Source of the DNA: a virus
Strand: one strand, 5' to 3'
IMG/VR virus record: IMGVR_UViG_3300027792_000010
DNA: 64,000 nt
A model generated the notes under the pieces. It ran no database searches and had not been told where the DNA came from. It saw only the letters and a list, made by a program, of their open reading frames with translations. This document shows positions 5,878-16,331 of the stretch, in pieces. How positions within the stretch are numbered: the stretch's first letter is position 1; every line of letters starts with the position of its first letter. The position numbers were made by a program, and so were the translations under genes.

Positions 5878-7140
5878 TTACTTTTTTATCTCATCAAGTA
5901 TCTTTATAACTGTAGTAGGGTGTACATCAGGTATTTCGCCCACAAGAAAATCTTCTAAATCTTGATATTTGCTCATAATATTAGCGGGGAATGCTTCTTC
6001 CATATATGCAAAAGACTTTTCTTGCAATCCTGCTCCATCCTCTGTTTCCATCAATTTAGTATAATTATCCCACCACTTTTTATTAGATAATTTTAATAGA
6101 TTAAGCTCATTACTATCTAATCTATTAAGAAATTCTTTAAATTTAGCCACCTGTACAGGCGTTAGTTTTTTACCCATCCCTGCTGTTTTAGGGACAGATT
6201 TCCAACCTATAGGTTGCTGCTCAGGCATGAGTTTATTCAGATATTTATAAATTTCTGGAAATCTTTTGAAGAACTTATCCTCTGTAATAGATATTCCATC
6301 CCATCTTCTTTCAGAGCTGTTCCATTTCTTCATAAACCTGATACCATCAGGGCCCTCAAACCATTTTTTAAGCATATCTTGCTCTGCTGGACCAAGATTA
6401 GCCCAAAGCTTTATAGGCATCTTATACTGATTCAAAGGATTACCTAAAGAATCCTGATTACTCTTATTTACAACTACTTCTAAAGTATTAGATATAATAT
6501 CAAGTTTTTCGGCTTCTTTTATTAATCCTTTACCCTCAGCATAACTAGCTACTTTATCTAATATTTCTAATTTAACTGCTGTATCTATACTATTATTTGA
6601 TTCTTCTTTTTCTAAGGTATTAGAGATTATATCTAATACCTCGGCTTCTTTTATTAACCCTTTACCCTCTAATGAATCAGATACCTCATCTATCATTGAG
6701 GACATCTTTTTAAATACTATTCCAAATTCTTTTTCCATTTCTTTCCTACCTTTTTGTTCTGACCTTTCAGCCTCTTGTTCTAATTGTTTTCTTTTAGTTT
6801 CTATATCTTCAGGATTTATTTTCTCTAACTGTTTTACATGAGTAGCCTCATGCTCCATAACTATCTTCTGTATATTCCTTTTTATGAGTTCTTTAAGCTT
6901 TTGATTCTCTTCTGGATTTGTAGGATGTATCTTTCCAAAAGACTTTTTTATGTTTTCTGAGCAAAGGTGTATGGTATGTGCATCTGCTCCCGGTATTACG
7001 TACCCTGCTATATCACCCTTACAAGAACGTTCTATTTTTACTTTATAAACGTGCTTGGAGGCTAACTGCCCTATTATCTCATTAAGGGCTTCATTGGCTA
7101 TTTGATCATAACCTTCTATACGAACTGATTTTTTATTCAT
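5878..7140 (-). CDS. Protein with HExxH motif and two internal KEA-motif repeats
   Basis: MEHEATH; EGKGLIKEAE(V/K)LDIISNTLE occurs twice. Confidence 0.55.
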   Translation of the reverse strand: MNKKSVRIEGYDQIANEALNEIIGQLASKHVYKVKIERSCKGDIAGYVIPGADAHTIHLCSENIKKSFGKIHPTNPEENQKLKELIKRNIQKIVMEHEATHVKQLEKINPEDIETKRKQLEQEAERSEQKGRKEMEKEFGIVFKKMSSMIDEVSDSLEGKGLIKEAEVLDIISNTLEKEESNNSIDTAVKLEILDKVASYAEGKGLIKEAEKLDIISNTLEVVVNKSNQDSLGNPLNQYKMPIKLWANLGPAEQDMLKKWFEGPDGIRFMKKWNSSERRWDGISITEDKFFKRFPEIYKYLNKLMPEQQPIGWKSVPKTAGMGKKLTPVQVAKFKEFLNRLDSNELNLLKLSNKKWWDNYTKLMETEDGAGLQEKSFAYMEEAFPANIMSKYQDLEDFLVGEIPDVHPTTVIKILDEIKK

Positions 7141-7166
7141 ATAATACCCTAAAGATTAAGAGATTA

Positions 7167-8105
7167 TTACTCTTTTAGAAGAGTGTAATCTATATCATTT
7201 GAGAGTTCTTCTCCTATCCTCATATACTCTTTTGTGAACTCTATGGCATCCATTTTATCCATCTTCTTGTCTAATCCCATCTTTGTCACTCTTTGAAAAG
7301 TAACATTAGTAAGGGCTTCATCTATAGTATCCATCCATGTAGCCTGCAATAAAGAACTTTGTACCCTAGAAAGGCCGCCATCTACAGGATTCATGTAATA
7401 CTTAACCTGCCTTATATTCTTGTAGTTTTTGGCTTTATTGAATGGTATACTACAGTTACTACTCCCGCAACCAAGAGAAAGGATATGAACTCTTTCTTTA
7501 ATCCATCCCTGCCTACAAACTTCTATAAGGGACTCCATGATAGGACTATTCTCACCACCACAGCCCCCATCCATCCAAACGGATTGGGTTTCCTTGTCTA
7601 CAACAGTCCCAAAATAAAGAGGGGCGGCATATGAACGATCTATAGCCTCACACAACTTTAATGCCCCATCCTTGTTTTCCCAGGATTTGAAGTAGTGGGG
7701 TCTTCCATCGACCATATTTATGCTATTACATATGAATTTTGTTTTACACGCTTCTCTCATAGTCTTACCTGAAGGAATTACCTCAGCCATTATATTCTGT
7801 ACATCTTTTCTATCGTATTTAGGTTCTAATATAGGTATTCTTAGCCTTCGGTCGAAAATTATAGGTAGAGCACCAATAAACTTAGTGCTCAAGTATTCTG
7901 CGCTTATTAATCCGGTACTAAGCATCCCTCCTATAATAGCTCCTACTGATACTCCTATTATGATATCAAATTCCTCATGTATGGGTTTGCCGAGTTTCTC
8001 TTCCATATTTTTCAACATTGTCATAGGAATGGTACCCTTCGCTCCTCCACCATCTATAGCCAAAATTTTACGCATATGTCCTCCTTTTTTATATGAGAAC
8101 CGCAT
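7167..8105 (-). CDS. Patatin-like phospholipase
   Basis: DGGGAKG oxyanion loop, GVSVG nucleophile elbow, DGG catalytic Asp. Confidence 0.9.
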   Translation of the reverse strand: MRFSYKKGGHMRKILAIDGGGAKGTIPMTMLKNMEEKLGKPIHEEFDIIIGVSVGAIIGGMLSTGLISAEYLSTKFIGALPIIFDRRLRIPILEPKYDRKDVQNIMAEVIPSGKTMREACKTKFICNSINMVDGRPHYFKSWENKDGALKLCEAIDRSYAAPLYFGTVVDKETQSVWMDGGCGGENSPIMESLIEVCRQGWIKERVHILSLGCGSSNCSIPFNKAKNYKNIRQVKYYMNPVDGGLSRVQSSLLQATWMDTIDEALTNVTFQRVTKMGLDKKMDKMDAIEFTKEYMRIGEELSNDIDYTLLKE

Positions 8106-8125
8106 TAATACATTATTGTTGATAT

Positions 8126-8165
8126 AAAAAAGAAGAGGCCGGATTTCTCCGACCTCTTCTTTTTT
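8126..8165. terminator. Bidirectional intrinsic terminator
   Basis: AAAAAAGAAGAGG-CCGGA-TTTC-TCCGA-CCTCTTCTTTTTT. Confidence 0.75.
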
Positions 8166-8183
8166 AGTTAAAATATTCTTTTA

Positions 8184-8651
8184 TTAAGAGTGGCGCTCTA
8201 ACCAGTATTGTACATCATCTACCATGTTGTCTATCAAGCTATCTCTTTTCTGAGATTCCCACATAATATCCAATTCTGAAGCTGTTGGAATGCTTTCAGA
8301 AAACATGAAAGCCCAATCTTCAATACCTAAAAGTGTTTTTCCTGTTTTGAGGTAGTATTGATAACACAAACGAAGTAGGATCATGAGTACTCCGGGTGTA
8401 TCGCACATAGTCATAATAGAAATTGAAAAAAAGAAATCGGTAATAGTAAATGGAAGTTTATAGGCTTTAATTCGTTTGAGGAAAATCTGAACAGGGAAAC
8501 TATCTAGCATTTCTTTTTCTGTTTGATCGAGCGGAACTTCTTTATCTTTTAACATGAGAAGATTAATAACTAGTAATAAGTTCTCTTTACTTAACGGTTC
8601 ACCTTTAAATACGAACTTAGGGAATACTTTTGTATCTTCCATTTGTGTCAC
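8184..8651 (-). CDS. Hypothetical protein
   Basis: 155-aa ORF within the operon. Confidence 0.6.
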   Translation of the reverse strand: MTQMEDTKVFPKFVFKGEPLSKENLLLVINLLMLKDKEVPLDQTEKEMLDSFPVQIFLKRIKAYKLPFTITDFFFSISIMTMCDTPGVLMILLRLCYQYYLKTGKTLLGIEDWAFMFSESIPTASELDIMWESQKRDSLIDNMVDDVQYWLERHS

Positions 8652-9207
8652 TTTCTCTTATAGGTTTGACCTGTAGATAAGTCGTTTTGCAACCTATCTT
8701 TGTTATGTACCTTCCGTATACATTAGAATCATCTATCAACATATCTATCTTATGCTCTTTACACATCTGTGCTTTAGTCTCATCCCAAACCTCCTGGTCC
8801 ATCCAAGGATTACCTTTTTCATCAAAATGTACTCTTACATCTTTTTTATTTACATGGAAATCCGTTATAGAGAGGAGATGGTCCCACTCCATACCAATTT
8901 CACGTAGCTTCTCTATGAGCTTCGGGGTTATCTTTGCTCCTGTGATGATATAAACGGTATGCCCTCTGCTTCTCAATCTTATGCTGAACTTCGAGAAGAA
9001 CTTAGGTTTGGCATCGATTACTCCATGAATATCGAGTCCTATCTTGAGAGGTTCTACAGACTCTTCTATTATACCGGGTTCCATACCTATATCCCATATT
9101 CTTTTCTTTGTAACTGCAAATTCTTTTTCTAAACAATAGATTTCGAAAAGGGCATTTGCTGCGTTAGCGTCACTTAAAGCTTTTTTAATTATATCAAAGT
9201 TTGCCAT
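8617..9207 (-). CDS. HAD-superfamily hydrolase-like protein
   Basis: GLDIHGVID (DxD variant), ITG motif II, K..MCK and MLIDD motif IV. Confidence 0.6.
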   Translation of the reverse strand: MANFDIIKKALSDANAANALFEIYCLEKEFAVTKKRIWDIGMEPGIIEESVEPLKIGLDIHGVIDAKPKFFSKFSIRLRSRGHTVYIITGAKITPKLIEKLREIGMEWDHLLSITDFHVNKKDVRVHFDEKGNPWMDQEVWDETKAQMCKEHKIDMLIDDSNVYGRYITKIGCKTTYLQVKPIRESDTNGRYKSIP

Positions 9208-11116
9208 TCAGAGCCTGCTCTTTCAGATTGTAGTACCCACGAGTCAGATACCAACAATTTAAACTCTCACGTAAATCGAACCCAAAAGCTCTGCGAGTCA
9301 CAGCGAGTACTGGAGGGGCTTGGATACGCTTAGCTACTGCCATGCCTTTAAACAGCTTATACCAGTGTTCTATATCATCTGTGAAAGCTTTTGCTGTAGG
9401 GAATAGCTTGTATACATCCATCCCTTCAGGAACTTTCAACTTATTATTGATTGTACCATTCAGATACCAGTTCAAATTGTCTTCTGGAGTCTTCCGATAC
9501 CAGGACTCTACCCAAGTGTAGAATAGTCTGCTGTGATACCAGTATACGAGAGGATCTCCCTTACCATCATCTACGCTCTGGTTATTCGACAGTTCTGCTG
9601 AAGCAACTACAGTGAAAGCCTCTTCAGGGATAACTGGATAAGTCTTGTTCAAATATTCTCCCAGTTCGTATACCATAGGCTTTCTAAGGTCACCAAGAGC
9701 TGCGAGGAATCCCGCTACATCCCCGTAAAGGGTGGCATAACCTACGGTACCCTCATCCTTATTCCCGTTATTCGTAAAAACACCACCCCAAGCGCTTGAA
9801 AGTGCCGAAAGGATTCGGCTCGAACGATCTCGGGCCTGTACATTCTCCATATGTGTAGGAGTGAGGTTCAGGGTTTTTTTCTCCCACAAAGAGTCACAGT
9901 CAGAATGATAAGGTATAACATAATCAGTATGCATCATTGTTATCTTTTTGAAACGTTTTAGCTCTAAACCATCAATCTGTTTTTTAGTTAGATTTACAGA
10001 ATCTTCTATAGGAATGCTGGTATAGTAGCATTCTATATTCTTTGCTAATTTTCTTGCTATGCTTATCGTAGTCTTTGAATTGTACTTCGAAGGCATGTTA
10101 ACCAGAAGAAGATTCTCCGGTCCTACCACCTGAGCATATAGCGAGGCTGCTACACATGAGTCTATTCCACCCGAGGCACCGATAACAACTCTCTTAGTCC
10201 CGCAGGCTTCCAGATATTTGCCTATGCCATACTTGAGAGCTTCTGCTACTTCGGCTATATCAGATTCGGGAAGGTTACACACCTCTCCAGGAAACATTTG
10301 CTTTGAATAAGTACACCACTCAACATACATCATATGCTCTTTGAACATAGGTGCTTGAGCAATGATTTTACCAGTCTCATCATACACTACCGAAGAACCA
10401 TCAAAAGTATAAATAGTTTTTCCATTATTCTGTATGCCTACAGCATTCACATATATGATAGGCATACCCAAGTATTTGGCATGTCTTTCACCAAATACCC
10501 TGTTTCTGCTGTTGTTTTTACCTATGGTATAAGGCGAACAGCTGATGTTTATCATCAAATCTGCTTCATTCTCTCTGTAGCATTCCATAGGGTTGATGGG
10601 ATAATCGTCATCCCACCCATCTTCACAGATAGTAAGGCCAACTTTGGTGTCCTTGATATTTTGTGGGGTAAAGTATTTCCTTGTTTTAATATCCGACACT
10701 TTAACCTCATATCCTAAAGCAGGTCTGAAATGACGAGGTTCTTCAAACTCTCGATAGTTAGGGAGAAGGGTCTTTATGTAGTATCGAACTGTCCTGTTTG
10801 TTGCACATATTAAAACATTACGTATGATAGATCTTCCATCTGTGTGCTTGATACCCCAATCTACATCTATACTCCCAAAGATGATTGTAATATCATCCGA
10901 AAGAGCTATTACATCATTGTTGTAATCCATACAGTCTTTGAGGAAAGATTCTTCTTCCCACATATCTCCAAGGAGATATCCAGGTATCATTAGTTCTGGG
11001 AATACTACAATATCTGCGTGATTGGCTTTAGCCGTCGATACATACTCCATGACTTTTTTGAAGTTTTTGGAGGGATCTGCAGGGATAATTTCTACTTGTG
11101 CTAATGCTATTTTCAT
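9194..11116 (-). CDS. nadE: Glutamine-dependent NAD+ synthetase
   Basis: N-terminal nitrilase domain (VVFPEL, YIKTLLP, LTICED) plus synthetase domain (SGGIDS, ENVQAR, GYATLYGD, SAEL, KRIQAPP). Confidence 0.95.
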   Translation of the reverse strand: MKIALAQVEIIPADPSKNFKKVMEYVSTAKANHADIVVFPELMIPGYLLGDMWEEESFLKDCMDYNNDVIALSDDITIIFGSIDVDWGIKHTDGRSIIRNVLICATNRTVRYYIKTLLPNYREFEEPRHFRPALGYEVKVSDIKTRKYFTPQNIKDTKVGLTICEDGWDDDYPINPMECYRENEADLMINISCSPYTIGKNNSRNRVFGERHAKYLGMPIIYVNAVGIQNNGKTIYTFDGSSVVYDETGKIIAQAPMFKEHMMYVEWCTYSKQMFPGEVCNLPESDIAEVAEALKYGIGKYLEACGTKRVVIGASGGIDSCVAASLYAQVVGPENLLLVNMPSKYNSKTTISIARKLAKNIECYYTSIPIEDSVNLTKKQIDGLELKRFKKITMMHTDYVIPYHSDCDSLWEKKTLNLTPTHMENVQARDRSSRILSALSSAWGGVFTNNGNKDEGTVGYATLYGDVAGFLAALGDLRKPMVYELGEYLNKTYPVIPEEAFTVVASAELSNNQSVDDGKGDPLVYWYHSRLFYTWVESWYRKTPEDNLNWYLNGTINNKLKVPEGMDVYKLFPTAKAFTDDIEHWYKLFKGMAVAKRIQAPPVLAVTRRAFGFDLRESLNCWYLTRGYYNLKEQALNGKL

Positions 11117-11122
11117 AAATAC

Positions 11123-12325
11123 TTACTCCGCTATGTGCTTTGCGTAGTTAAGGAATATAAGGTCTTTACACTGTGCCTTCATAGGATCATCGCTGAGTTT
11201 GCAGACAGGACGACCATTGGCTCTGACTATTTTTATGATCTGATTTAAGGCTTTATGTTCTGGTATAGATGGTATATGATTCGAAAGAAAAGTTCCAATA
11301 CCATGCGACACATTTAGGATATGACCAAACTTAGAACTCAGGTCAAAAGCCTTGGTAAAAGTCAAGTTGTCCGAGAATAGCAGAGTTTTATCAGTAGGAT
11401 CAATACCCTCTCTGCTGTAGGCTCTGAGACGCTTCTCGGCCCACTGAAAAGGGTCTCCTGAGTCGTGTCTTTGACCTGTATACTGTATCATAAGCTCTTT
11501 TGTGAAATCTCGGTCCCATTTATTGCTGCCGAGGGTGTCTGTTAGGGCAATACCAAGCCACCCACGGTAGAATTCGATCCAGTCCTCAAGGGCTTTCTTC
11601 TGAGAATCTTCAAGATGGTATAGAGCTTGATAAAACATGGGAAATTCATGAGCCAAGGTACCCACAGCCTTCAATCCGTGAGTTTTAGCAAAAAGCATAT
11701 TAGATGTGCCAACGAGTTGAGTAGGAAAATATCCTTTCAGTTGTTTAACCATCCACCCCTGAAATTCTTGGCATAGTCTGCGTCGTGTCCCGAATTCTGA
11801 GAAAAGAAAGCGCACTTTAGGATTCTGCTCAAGAACCTTCAGGAAATCTTCTATCTTCTTGGATAAGTCTGCTTTTGCCGTATCTACAATTTTTTGAAAC
11901 CCCTGTTCATACTTCTTTCTGAAATAAAGCTCCGAGATGGTATACATCATAGGCATCTCCCAGAGCGAAACTTCTTCTATAGGCCCATCGAAGCATATTT
12001 CAATGCCTGGATTTGTATCGATCTTTTTGATTTGTACTTGTCGGGGATCAAAATGAAACTTTGCAAGAAAATTCACGAGGTAGTCTTGAGTTACCTTCGT
12101 ATTCTCGAATAGCCACTTCTGTTCATCCCTCTGCAGGGTGACATCCGACATAGCTTCAATTTGTTCACACAGGTCATTGTAGATAGGTCGAAGGTCTACC
12201 GAGGTGTCACGACACTTGTAGGCATAGGTAGCGGGGGTCCCACGGAACTTATCCCAGAAGATACATCCCATGTGAAATTTATACACATCATCATCGAGGT
12301 GACTTGTGAAGATCGCATTATTCAT
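11123..12325 (-). CDS. pncB: Nicotinate phosphoribosyltransferase
   Basis: LDDDVYKFHM, EFGTRRR, GTSN, GTLAHE, ALTDT, RHDSGDP, KLSDDPMKAQC motifs. Confidence 0.9.
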   Translation of the reverse strand: MNNAIFTSHLDDDVYKFHMGCIFWDKFRGTPATYAYKCRDTSVDLRPIYNDLCEQIEAMSDVTLQRDEQKWLFENTKVTQDYLVNFLAKFHFDPRQVQIKKIDTNPGIEICFDGPIEEVSLWEMPMMYTISELYFRKKYEQGFQKIVDTAKADLSKKIEDFLKVLEQNPKVRFLFSEFGTRRRLCQEFQGWMVKQLKGYFPTQLVGTSNMLFAKTHGLKAVGTLAHEFPMFYQALYHLEDSQKKALEDWIEFYRGWLGIALTDTLGSNKWDRDFTKELMIQYTGQRHDSGDPFQWAEKRLRAYSREGIDPTDKTLLFSDNLTFTKAFDLSSKFGHILNVSHGIGTFLSNHIPSIPEHKALNQIIKIVRANGRPVCKLSDDPMKAQCKDLIFLNYAKHIAE

Positions 12326-12330
12326 AAATA

Positions 12331-12503
12331 CTACCCTTTCTTGGGTAAACAGGTGTGTATGATTAATTTTGCTTCTGGGTAATCTTTTTGTATTTGTGAT
12401 AATAGGTCATTCTCTATATCAAAATTCTTTTCATTATAAGATTATGCCCTCTTAAATCTAAGCCAGAGCGAGGTAACACCCAACAGTCTATCAAGTATGT
12501 CAT
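12331..12503 (-). pseudogene. Small, apparently frameshifted hypothetical gene
   Basis: GAGGAG SD plus ATG frame (MTYLIDCW..) stops early; a protein-like second frame (NEKNFDIENDLL..) continues to TAG at 12331. Confidence 0.3.
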
Positions 12504-12537
12504 AAAATCTCCTCGCCTATAATATACTTTTTTATAT

Positions 12538-13452
12538 TTATGGTTGAAAATCTTTCTTTTCCAAAGCACTTAAAATTAACTGTATTTTAGCATCTATATC
12601 TTTTACAGAAATGTATTCATTTTGCTGATTTTTGGAAGAATCAGTTGAATAATGTTCTTCTAAAATTTCTGTAAGAAGCTTTTTTAAAGCTCCTTCTTGA
12701 GGTTGAGGAGGAAGAGAACATTTTCTTGATAGCTCCGTTACATAATCCATTCTTTTCTGAAATTCTTTATCGAATCTATCAAAATCACCCCACTCTCCAA
12801 CACGCATAACTTTACACTCCTCTTTACATCTCATTAGATCTATATCCCCTGTGGTTAGGATTTGATCTAATTGATCCAATAATCTAAGAGTATGATAAGC
12901 CATTTTTATATCATACCCATATTTCTCTATTATGGCTTTTCTATCTTCCGTCTCAGGATTTCTTTGTCTTATTCTATGCATTTGCCCATTAGCGTAACCT
13001 TTGAAGGAATGAAAAGTTTTCATAGATAAAAATAGTCTTCTGTTATCTCTAAGATACCACCCCATCTTAGTACCTACAGTAACTAGCTCTCTTCTTACAA
13101 ATAGACATTCAATTAGGTTGGGGGAGCCTTTTAGTCCAGCATGTACAAAAAATTCTATAAGAGAGATCCATTCTGCTTCAAAGGGTTTATCTCCTATTAT
13201 AGTCTTTTTTCCTTTTAACTCTTTTCTTTTGAATTCTGGGAGGTTGTCATACCCTAGTATAAATCCGTAATTCTGAGGATATAGGTGTTCGTGTTTTGGC
13301 AGAACTATAGCGGTAATATCATAATCACTCTTATCTGTTTGACATCCGTAGGCATGAGATCCTACTATGGTCTCTAACATGAGATTATCTACAAGCCACT
13401 GCTCATTTTTTTGAAACTTTCCGTTTTGAGCAAACCACTGTGTATAATTCAT
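12538..13452 (-). CDS. Pol-beta-superfamily nucleotidyltransferase (RlaP / T4 NrdC.11-like)
   Basis: GSHAYG..T.KSDYD signature, GSPNLIE, helical C-terminus KMAYHTLRLL. Confidence 0.75.
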   Translation of the reverse strand: MNYTQWFAQNGKFQKNEQWLVDNLMLETIVGSHAYGCQTDKSDYDITAIVLPKHEHLYPQNYGFILGYDNLPEFKRKELKGKKTIIGDKPFEAEWISLIEFFVHAGLKGSPNLIECLFVRRELVTVGTKMGWYLRDNRRLFLSMKTFHSFKGYANGQMHRIRQRNPETEDRKAIIEKYGYDIKMAYHTLRLLDQLDQILTTGDIDLMRCKEECKVMRVGEWGDFDRFDKEFQKRMDYVTELSRKCSLPPQPQEGALKKLLTEILEEHYSTDSSKNQQNEYISVKDIDAKIQLILSALEKKDFQP

Positions 13453-13682
13453 TTACTGCTCCTATTATAATAAATTAGAAAATGCCTTAACAATATACTT
13501 TTTAGATATTAAAAATAAAAAAATTATTTTTTACTATAGGTCAAAATCATCGAATTTTTCTTTAAAAAATTGAAAATATCTATTACATTAAAGGAGGTTT
13601 TGTGATGACGTACCCCTAATAATTTTCTAATATAGAGAGTTAGGTACAAAAATAATAAAAATATTAAAATGGAGGAACCAGT

Positions 13683-15671
13683 ATGGAGTATCGGTACATT
13701 CGAGACAGTGAATACATGTTTGAAACAAAATCTTTTTCTTTGTCTGATAACTTTTTAGAGACCTATAAAAACAAACAGCCTAATTGGGGTCCTCTTGGGT
13801 ATATAACTTATAAAAGAACTTATGCTAGAGCGCTTCCGACTGGGGGTACTGAAGAATACTGGCAAACATTGAATAGAGTGATAAATGGTGTTTTTACTAT
13901 CCAAAAACAATGGTGCAAGCAATTAGGACTTCCGTGGCTTGATTCAAAAGCTCAAAAAACAGCTCAGAAAATGTACCAAAAAATGTGGAACTTTAAAATG
14001 CTCGCTCCAGGCAGAGGACTCTGGATCATGGGTACAGAGTTTATAGAAAAGCATGGATCTGCGGCTCTAAATAATTGTGCTTTTACAAGCACTGAGGATA
14101 TTGATATAAAACATTCTAAATCTTTTGAATTTCTTATGGATATGTCAATGTTAGGTGTTGGTGTGGGCTTTGATACTCTTGGGGCAGGGAAAATAACGAT
14201 AAAAGACCCTAAAGACAACGGCACCTATGCGATCCCGGATAGTCGAGAAGGGTGGGTAGAAAGCTTAAAAAAGCTATTAGATTCTTATTTTATTGGGAAG
14301 CCAAAATATGTTTTTGATTATTCGCTTATAAGACCTGCTGGGGCTCCTATTAAAGGTTTTGGTGGGGTTTCTTCAGGTTTTGAACCCTTGAAAAAAATGC
14401 ACGAGAATATAGAATCCTTGCTTATATCTCGTATAGGTCAACCTATAAAATCTACAGACATAGTAGATATTATGAATATGATAGGTTGTTGTGTGGTTTC
14501 TGGTAATGTTAGACGTAGCGCTAGTATAGCTTTAGGTTACCCAGATGATACCGAATTTCTAACTATGAAGCAGGATATAAAAAAGTTAGAAAGTCATAGG
14601 TGGGCTTCTAATAATTCTATATTAGCAAAAATGGGTATGGATTACGGTCCGATAGTGGAGAGTGTGTGGAAGAATGGGGAACCTGGGGTAGTTTGGATGG
14701 AAAATGCCCAAAAATACGGAAGATTAAAAGATGGTATAACTTGGGCAGACAAACTAGCTAAAGGACTTAACCCTTGTGGCGAGCAAACATTAGAGTCCTT
14801 TGAATTATGTTGTCTTGTAGAGACGTTCCCTTCCAATCACGATTCCTATGAGGAATATGAGGATACTTTAAAATTGGCGTATCTTTATGGGAAAACAGTT
14901 ACTTTAGTAAATACTCATTGGGCAGAAACCAATGCAGTAATGCTAAAAAATCGTCGTATGGGGATTTCTCAAACAGGTATCATTAATGCTTTTGGGAAGC
15001 ATGGTTTTAACAATATGATAAGCTGGTGCGATAAAGGATACAAGTATCTAAAAAGTATAGATGAACTGTATTCATCTTGGCTATGCGTTCCTTTATCGAA
15101 GAAGTTAACAACAGTAAAACCTTCCGGTACTGTATCACTGCTGGCTGGGGTTTGTCCTGGTATACATTATCCACATTCAGAATATTATATACGCCGTATA
15201 AGATTTAATAGTAATAGCGAATATCTCCCATTTTTGAAAGATGCAGGATACAAAATCGAGGATGATGTCTATTCAAAAAACTCAGTATGTGTAGAGTTCC
15301 CTATTAAAGAGCCGTTTTTTACAATAGGTAAAAATGATATATCTGTATGGGAGCAACTCGAAAATGCAGCTATCTATCAAAATTTTTGGTCAGATAATCA
15401 AGTTAGTATTACTGTGACGTTTAAGGAGGAAGAAAAAGTTGACTTGAAAAGGGCGCTTAATTATTTTGAACACAGACTCAAAAGTGTTAGTTTACTACCT
15501 TATAAAGATCATGGGTATAAACAAGCTCCTTATGAACAGATTACAGAAGACGAGTACAATATACGGATCAAAAATATAAAACCCTTAATACTCTCGAACA
15601 ATAAGCTATCTTCTGGGTCTGGGGAAAAATTTTGTTCGAACGATTCTTGCGAGATAACATTTAAAAAATAG
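13683..15671 (+). CDS. nrdJ: Class II (adenosylcobalamin-dependent) ribonucleotide reductase, monomeric RTPR type
   Basis: YKRTYAR, PGRGLW, LNNCAF, GNVRRSA, NPCGEQ, CCLVE, TTVKPSGT, C-terminal CSNDSC. Confidence 0.92.
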   Translation: MEYRYIRDSEYMFETKSFSLSDNFLETYKNKQPNWGPLGYITYKRTYARALPTGGTEEYWQTLNRVINGVFTIQKQWCKQLGLPWLDSKAQKTAQKMYQKMWNFKMLAPGRGLWIMGTEFIEKHGSAALNNCAFTSTEDIDIKHSKSFEFLMDMSMLGVGVGFDTLGAGKITIKDPKDNGTYAIPDSREGWVESLKKLLDSYFIGKPKYVFDYSLIRPAGAPIKGFGGVSSGFEPLKKMHENIESLLISRIGQPIKSTDIVDIMNMIGCCVVSGNVRRSASIALGYPDDTEFLTMKQDIKKLESHRWASNNSILAKMGMDYGPIVESVWKNGEPGVVWMENAQKYGRLKDGITWADKLAKGLNPCGEQTLESFELCCLVETFPSNHDSYEEYEDTLKLAYLYGKTVTLVNTHWAETNAVMLKNRRMGISQTGIINAFGKHGFNNMISWCDKGYKYLKSIDELYSSWLCVPLSKKLTTVKPSGTVSLLAGVCPGIHYPHSEYYIRRIRFNSNSEYLPFLKDAGYKIEDDVYSKNSVCVEFPIKEPFFTIGKNDISVWEQLENAAIYQNFWSDNQVSITVTFKEEEKVDLKRALNYFEHRLKSVSLLPYKDHGYKQAPYEQITEDEYNIRIKNIKPLILSNNKLSSGSGEKFCSNDSCEITFKK

Positions 15672-15788
15672 TACAAATGATACCATTAACTTCTGATTCT
15701 TTTGAAAAAAGGCCGTTGAAATACACGGCTCTAAATACAGTTATTCTAAATCAGTATACAGTACCAACAATAAAATAGGAGATATGAT

Positions 15789-16331
15789 ATGTCATCGATT
15801 TATCCGCCGATTTTAGTAAAAAAAGTCTCTCATGAGGCTAAGTTACCAGAGAGAGCTACTCCTACAGAATCTGGTTTAGATGTCTTTGCTTATTCAATAA
15901 CCAAGCACTATACTATTGATGGTTTTGAACTTATGCCGTTTTACACTGAGTCGGAGTACCATAAATGGAAGGTAGGTGATTTAACTTTTACGCTCAAAAA
16001 CGGTGAAAGGATACTTATCAGTACAGGTCTTATGGCTACGGTAGGACCAGGATATGAGATCCAAGTAAGACCTAGGAGTGGTTTGGCTCTAAAGAAGGGA
16101 TTGACTGTACTTAATAGTCCAGGGACAATCGATGAGGGTTATCGAAATATAATTGGGGTGATACTTATAAATCACTCAGGGGTTGATCAGGTGATAAAAT
16201 ATAATGAAAAGATTGCTCAGTTAGTTGTAAGTTCTGTAATACTTTCTGATGTTAAAGAGGTTACGGATCTTTCTGAAACTAAGAGAGGATTAGGTGGGTT
16301 CGGGTCTACTGATGTTAAACAATCAACATAG
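15789..16331 (+). CDS. dut: Trimeric dUTPase
   Basis: Motifs SGLD, RPRSGLA, NSPGTIDEGYR, IAQLV, RGLGGFGST. Confidence 0.95.
   Translation: MSSIYPPILVKKVSHEAKLPERATPTESGLDVFAYSITKHYTIDGFELMPFYTESEYHKWKVGDLTFTLKNGERILISTGLMATVGPGYEIQVRPRSGLALKKGLTVLNSPGTIDEGYRNIIGVILINHSGVDQVIKYNEKIAQLVVSSVILSDVKEVTDLSETKRGLGGFGSTDVKQST

Noticed and set aside
13453-13682. Replication origin in the divergent AT-rich gap before nrdJ
   Set aside because: Only AT-richness and promoter-like boxes are visible, with no iterons or DnaA-box cluster.
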